From: Azolla caroliniana
Taxonomy: Eukaryota; Plantae; Polypodiophyta
Direction: 5' to 3'
Assembly: GCA_043228905.1 (NCBI GenBank)
Contig: JBHGNT010000011.1
Coordinates: 16,492,001 to 16,556,000, forward strand
Length of the DNA stretch: 64,000 bases
In this document: in pieces, positions 60,291 to 64,000 of the stretch
How the letters are laid out: every line of letters starts with the position of its first letter
Numbering within the stretch: the stretch's first letter is position 1
Program-made: the position numbers and the translations under genes
The notes under the pieces: generated by a model
Seen by the model: only the letters and a program-made list of their open reading frames with translations
Told to the model about the DNA's origin: nothing
Databases searched by the model: none

Positions 60291-63200
60291 CTCCCTTCGA
60301 TGCCAGAGCAGCACAGTCTTTCGCAGAAAATGAGGAAAACTCTGTACACACTTTTCTCGTCGCAGCCTTTCGTCCGCACAACTACATTTTACCTGCGATG
60401 AATGAAACGGTCCGACCCCACCACACACACGCATACACTAACAGAGGAAGGGAAAAGCCTCGTGGGTCCCACGCATCTATCTAATTCAAGTCCCGTCTTA
60501 CTCTCTCTCTCTGATCCATCTCTCCTTCTTCACTCTTCTTATACACATATATGAGTGAGTTCCACCCATGACACAAGCATAGAACATACATGATGATGAT
60601 GATGATTAAGGTAGATATTGAATGGCAATACATGGGGGGGTCCAGGCAGAGGCAACAAACAACACACATCATATCAAATAATGGTGGGGGCTCGCTCAGG
60701 AAAGAAAAGTCATTTAGGGAGGCATGTGGGGTCATGCAAATTGGCATTTGGCATAGCTGTTCATACATACATATATGCATATACATATGCAGGAATGAAT
60801 GAGCTGATATCACATTCATCATCGGTCCTATGCTTGCTTATTTCTACGTTGATGATGGTCATATACATTATACATATGTGTATGTATAGGTAGCTACCAG
60901 TTTATCTAATAGCTGCTAGAAGTAGTGGTAGTAAAGGGTCTGTCTGTCTGTCTTAGGCCGCCTGTCATGCCCACCGCATCCCTCTCTCACTCTGTCATGA
61001 GAGAGATAGCCCCCTATGGAAAAAGTACACAAAAAACTCCCATCTCATCCCCTGCCCCCTTCGCTCTTTGATATCTCGTTCCCTCCTCCCTCCCTCTAAA
61101 TTTGGCACGTTTCCAAAGGCCCTATCACACCTATACAGGCTCTTCTACTTAACTTCAATCCAATCAAAACACGTCCATAGTTTAAAACAAAAATCTCAAA
61201 ACTAAACCCTAAACCCAGCAAAGTAAAAACAAAACTAGTAGTTATTTAGCCCGCCCCTCCTCCCTCATCCTCTTTGTTATTTGAACTTATCCTCCCCTCC
61301 ATATAGTGTGTGATCTGCTGATTGCTCTCGTCTGTCTTTCTTTTTTTTTCTTTAATCTACGACTTCCATATAATTTAATATGTGTATCATGATGATGATG
61401 ATGATGATGATGCATTGTTTTTTTTTTTTTTTGGGCTGTGCTTCCAAAGCTCAAGCTGCTTCTGCAGCTTCTGCTACTGAGAAGACGAGCATTCATTTAA
61501 TTCAAAATGTTTTTTTAAAGTTTGAAGTACACATATATAATCTTAGTTTATTATGTAGTATATTTGTATATTACATATTATTATTATTATAAGGAATAAA
61601 AGAGAGCGGGGGGACCCACACTACATTTATGAGAAAAAAAAAGGGAGGCGTACACAGAGAGAGAGAGAGAGAGAGAGGGAGGAGGAGGAGAGCTACGACG
61701 TCGGCCGGACGCGGCCGGACATGGCCGGACGGACGGACAGACTAACGACAGGTCTGAAAACGGCGTAGTTTCGGATAATCCCAGATCTGTCCCTCGGGTG
61801 TAGAGCCTTCTCTCTTCTTCTCTTCATATTTGCTTCCTTCCTTAACTTTGTCTTTTGCCTTTTATTTGATTTTTATTGTTGTTGTTTTTTTTTTTTTTTT
61901 GTTACCATACAACGTTGTACATATTTGTTTTCTTTTTTCTTTTTTTTTTGAATCCACCATCATTCCATTCCATTGGGGAAGGTCATATAAAAATAAATAA
62001 ATAAATTTACCATTCTTTCTTTTACTGCTCTATTCTTCTTTTCATTCGCAGCTTTCTGTTCTCTTTTGCTTTCTTTCTTTTTTGCTTTTCAGGTCATGAT
62101 GCCCTCTCTCTCTCTCTCCCCCCCCCCCTCTTTCCTTCACTATTTGCTTGCTTCTCACCATCTTTTCTACAAACCGCATTTATATATACCCAAGGTCAAA
62201 AGGACTCACTTCACATAGAATCCACAAAGCTCCTTCTATTAGCACCTTTCTACCGGGTTATATCCTAGTCTATATAGCTTTATACTTGTACTCTTCTCTG
62301 TCCCGTGTCTGTCGGTCTCTCAAATCTCGATCGTTGCACAACATGGGTAGATGAAACTCAAGAATGCAAGGTTTAAACACATGACCTTCTATAGTTTGTC
62401 TGTTTTCGTCGATTATCATAGCACAATTTCACACTACCGTTACGGAAGCTTCTTCCCATTATAGGTATTCAAGACTTGACTTTCTCTTCACATTCTCTCT
62501 GTGGTTGGCCCATAAACAATGTTGGAATTTTGAATTCTCTATCCCTGATCGAGGCAATAATGACATATTCTTTGGTTTTATTATCCACATGAACTAAAAT
62601 AAATCCAATCTAGAATATTGATCATAGGTCAAATGTATTCTAAAAACATGCTCATAGTGTAATTTCTAAGAAACTATCTTTTAGTAGGTAGCCATGGCTA
62701 ATGCTCAATGGGCTTGTGATGTGAAAGGGACTCTTTACGGTTTCCCACTTTGCAAGTTGCATAAAAAGGCAAGAGTTCTAATGTACGAGGGACCTTTGAG
62801 TTTAATATATATTTATTGTGTGGTGAACATATTCTCTTTGATAGAGCACGATTGTGATTGGTGAGCACGTGTTCTTTGAGATAGAGCATGCATGTTGTGA
62901 TGTGAACAAACTCTTTGCTAGAGTGTATGGGTGGGTGAGTGTATTAGTTTGCATACAAGAATGATCTTCATTATGCTTGACATATGAGGAACCCTTGTGT
63001 GATCTCGCAATGAGCTATTTCATTCGCATTAGATCATTGTCAATCAATGTTTGAGCACACTATCCAAGTATCAATGTTTGCAAAGAAGGGGTTTTCTAGG
63101 CTTTACTCCGAAGTTTGGCTAGTTGCCATAGACTACGTCCAACATCAATACTTAAAGTGCCTTTGAGATGAGAGAAACATAGTTGCTACTAGCATATCGT

Positions 63201-63691
63201 TATTGAGTGGAATGTCAAGCCTAATATGAGCTTGCCACAATCATAGTATTTAGGTGCATGGATCACTAATACATGTCAAGAGGATGCAAAGTAGTTGTAG
63301 TAGCCGAATGGTTGCTTGAATGGTCAAATTGGGTATATGTCGATATAGTCGTTGATGAATGCAATCACAATCATAAAAACTATTGCTTAGGCTTTCGCAA
63401 ATTTGGCCCATTCCCAATGTCATGGAATACAAAATAAATGTTTAGGTCTATCCCACCTTGGTAGGAAAATATGCCAAGATTTGTCAAAACATCAAGTCAT
63501 TGAAGAATAGGAGCCATCATGACAATTGAAATTTTGGGTAACCGTTGTTCTATAAGTGTAACAACAATTTAATGGAACCCATCTTGACTATTGTATGGGT
63601 GGGATGTAGACCATTCTCTCATCTTCTTATTAAGAATTATGGATACAAGAATAGATCGACATCAAGTTTTGCTCCAATGTTTGGGTAAAAT

Positions 63692-63850
63692 TAGGGAGCA
63701 GTAACGGCTCGGCTCAAACCTAAACCGTTTAGCTAAACCAGTTTAAACGGCTTAGCGACTCGTCTCGGTTTAGGCTTGAGTCTACCTATATGGTTTGAGC
63801 TCGGCTCGGCTTCGCTTGAGCCTTGCCAAACCGTTTTAGCCGTTTATGTG
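63692..63850. mobile_element. Possible end of a hAT-like element
   Basis: Starts TAGGGAG, followed by clustered AACGG/AACCG/GGCTCGGCTC motifs like the subterminal repeats of the MITE at 47368. No partner end is visible in the window. Confidence 0.35.
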
Positions 63851-64000
63851 ATTTAAGAATTAGGCTTTAGAAAGTTAGAAGTTAGAAGTTGGAACTTGGA
63901 ACTTGAAAGTTGATAGAGAGAGACTGACAGGAAGACATAAGCAACATACTATTGAGTGACGAGAGAGGGAGGGACAGAGAGGGACAGAGAGCTTGCGTAG

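Noticed and set aside
59184-61592. Short ORFs with poly-SL, RE, M or H tracts
   Set aside because: Translations of microsatellites.
62800-63600. Possible retrotransposon integrase remnant on the minus strand
   Set aside because: Only a weak ISD-like motif; too degenerate to call by eye.

Overview
Eukaryotic nuclear DNA from a land plant, most likely a non-seed plant such as a fern (inferred from the Tcn1-like chromovirus, the RTEX-like LINEs and the dense microsatellites). The first 27.5 kb hold a large head-to-tail array of tRNA-Cys(GCA)-derived units of about 242-250 bp. I count 34 full-length or near-full-length copies and 3 truncated 5' halves, in at least four subfamilies arranged in higher-order patterns. 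The array is broken up by nested retroelements: an L1 fragment, a tRNA-Trp-primed Gypsy family with 4-bp TSDs, a chromovirus and two LINEs. The rest of the window contains three host genes: VPS29 (+, 3 exons), a MES11/13/15-like methylesterase with Asn at the nucleophile position (-, 5 exons) and an intronless AHL AT-hook/PPC gene (-). It also contains a full-length degenerate Ty1/copia element, a hAT MITE and a plastid atpB fragment. The most unusual structure is the tRNA-Cys array. It mostly lacks Pol III terminators, keeps a covarying palindrome upstream of each tRNA, and shows a CHG-deamination pattern that diversifies the anticodons. All coordinates were read by eye.
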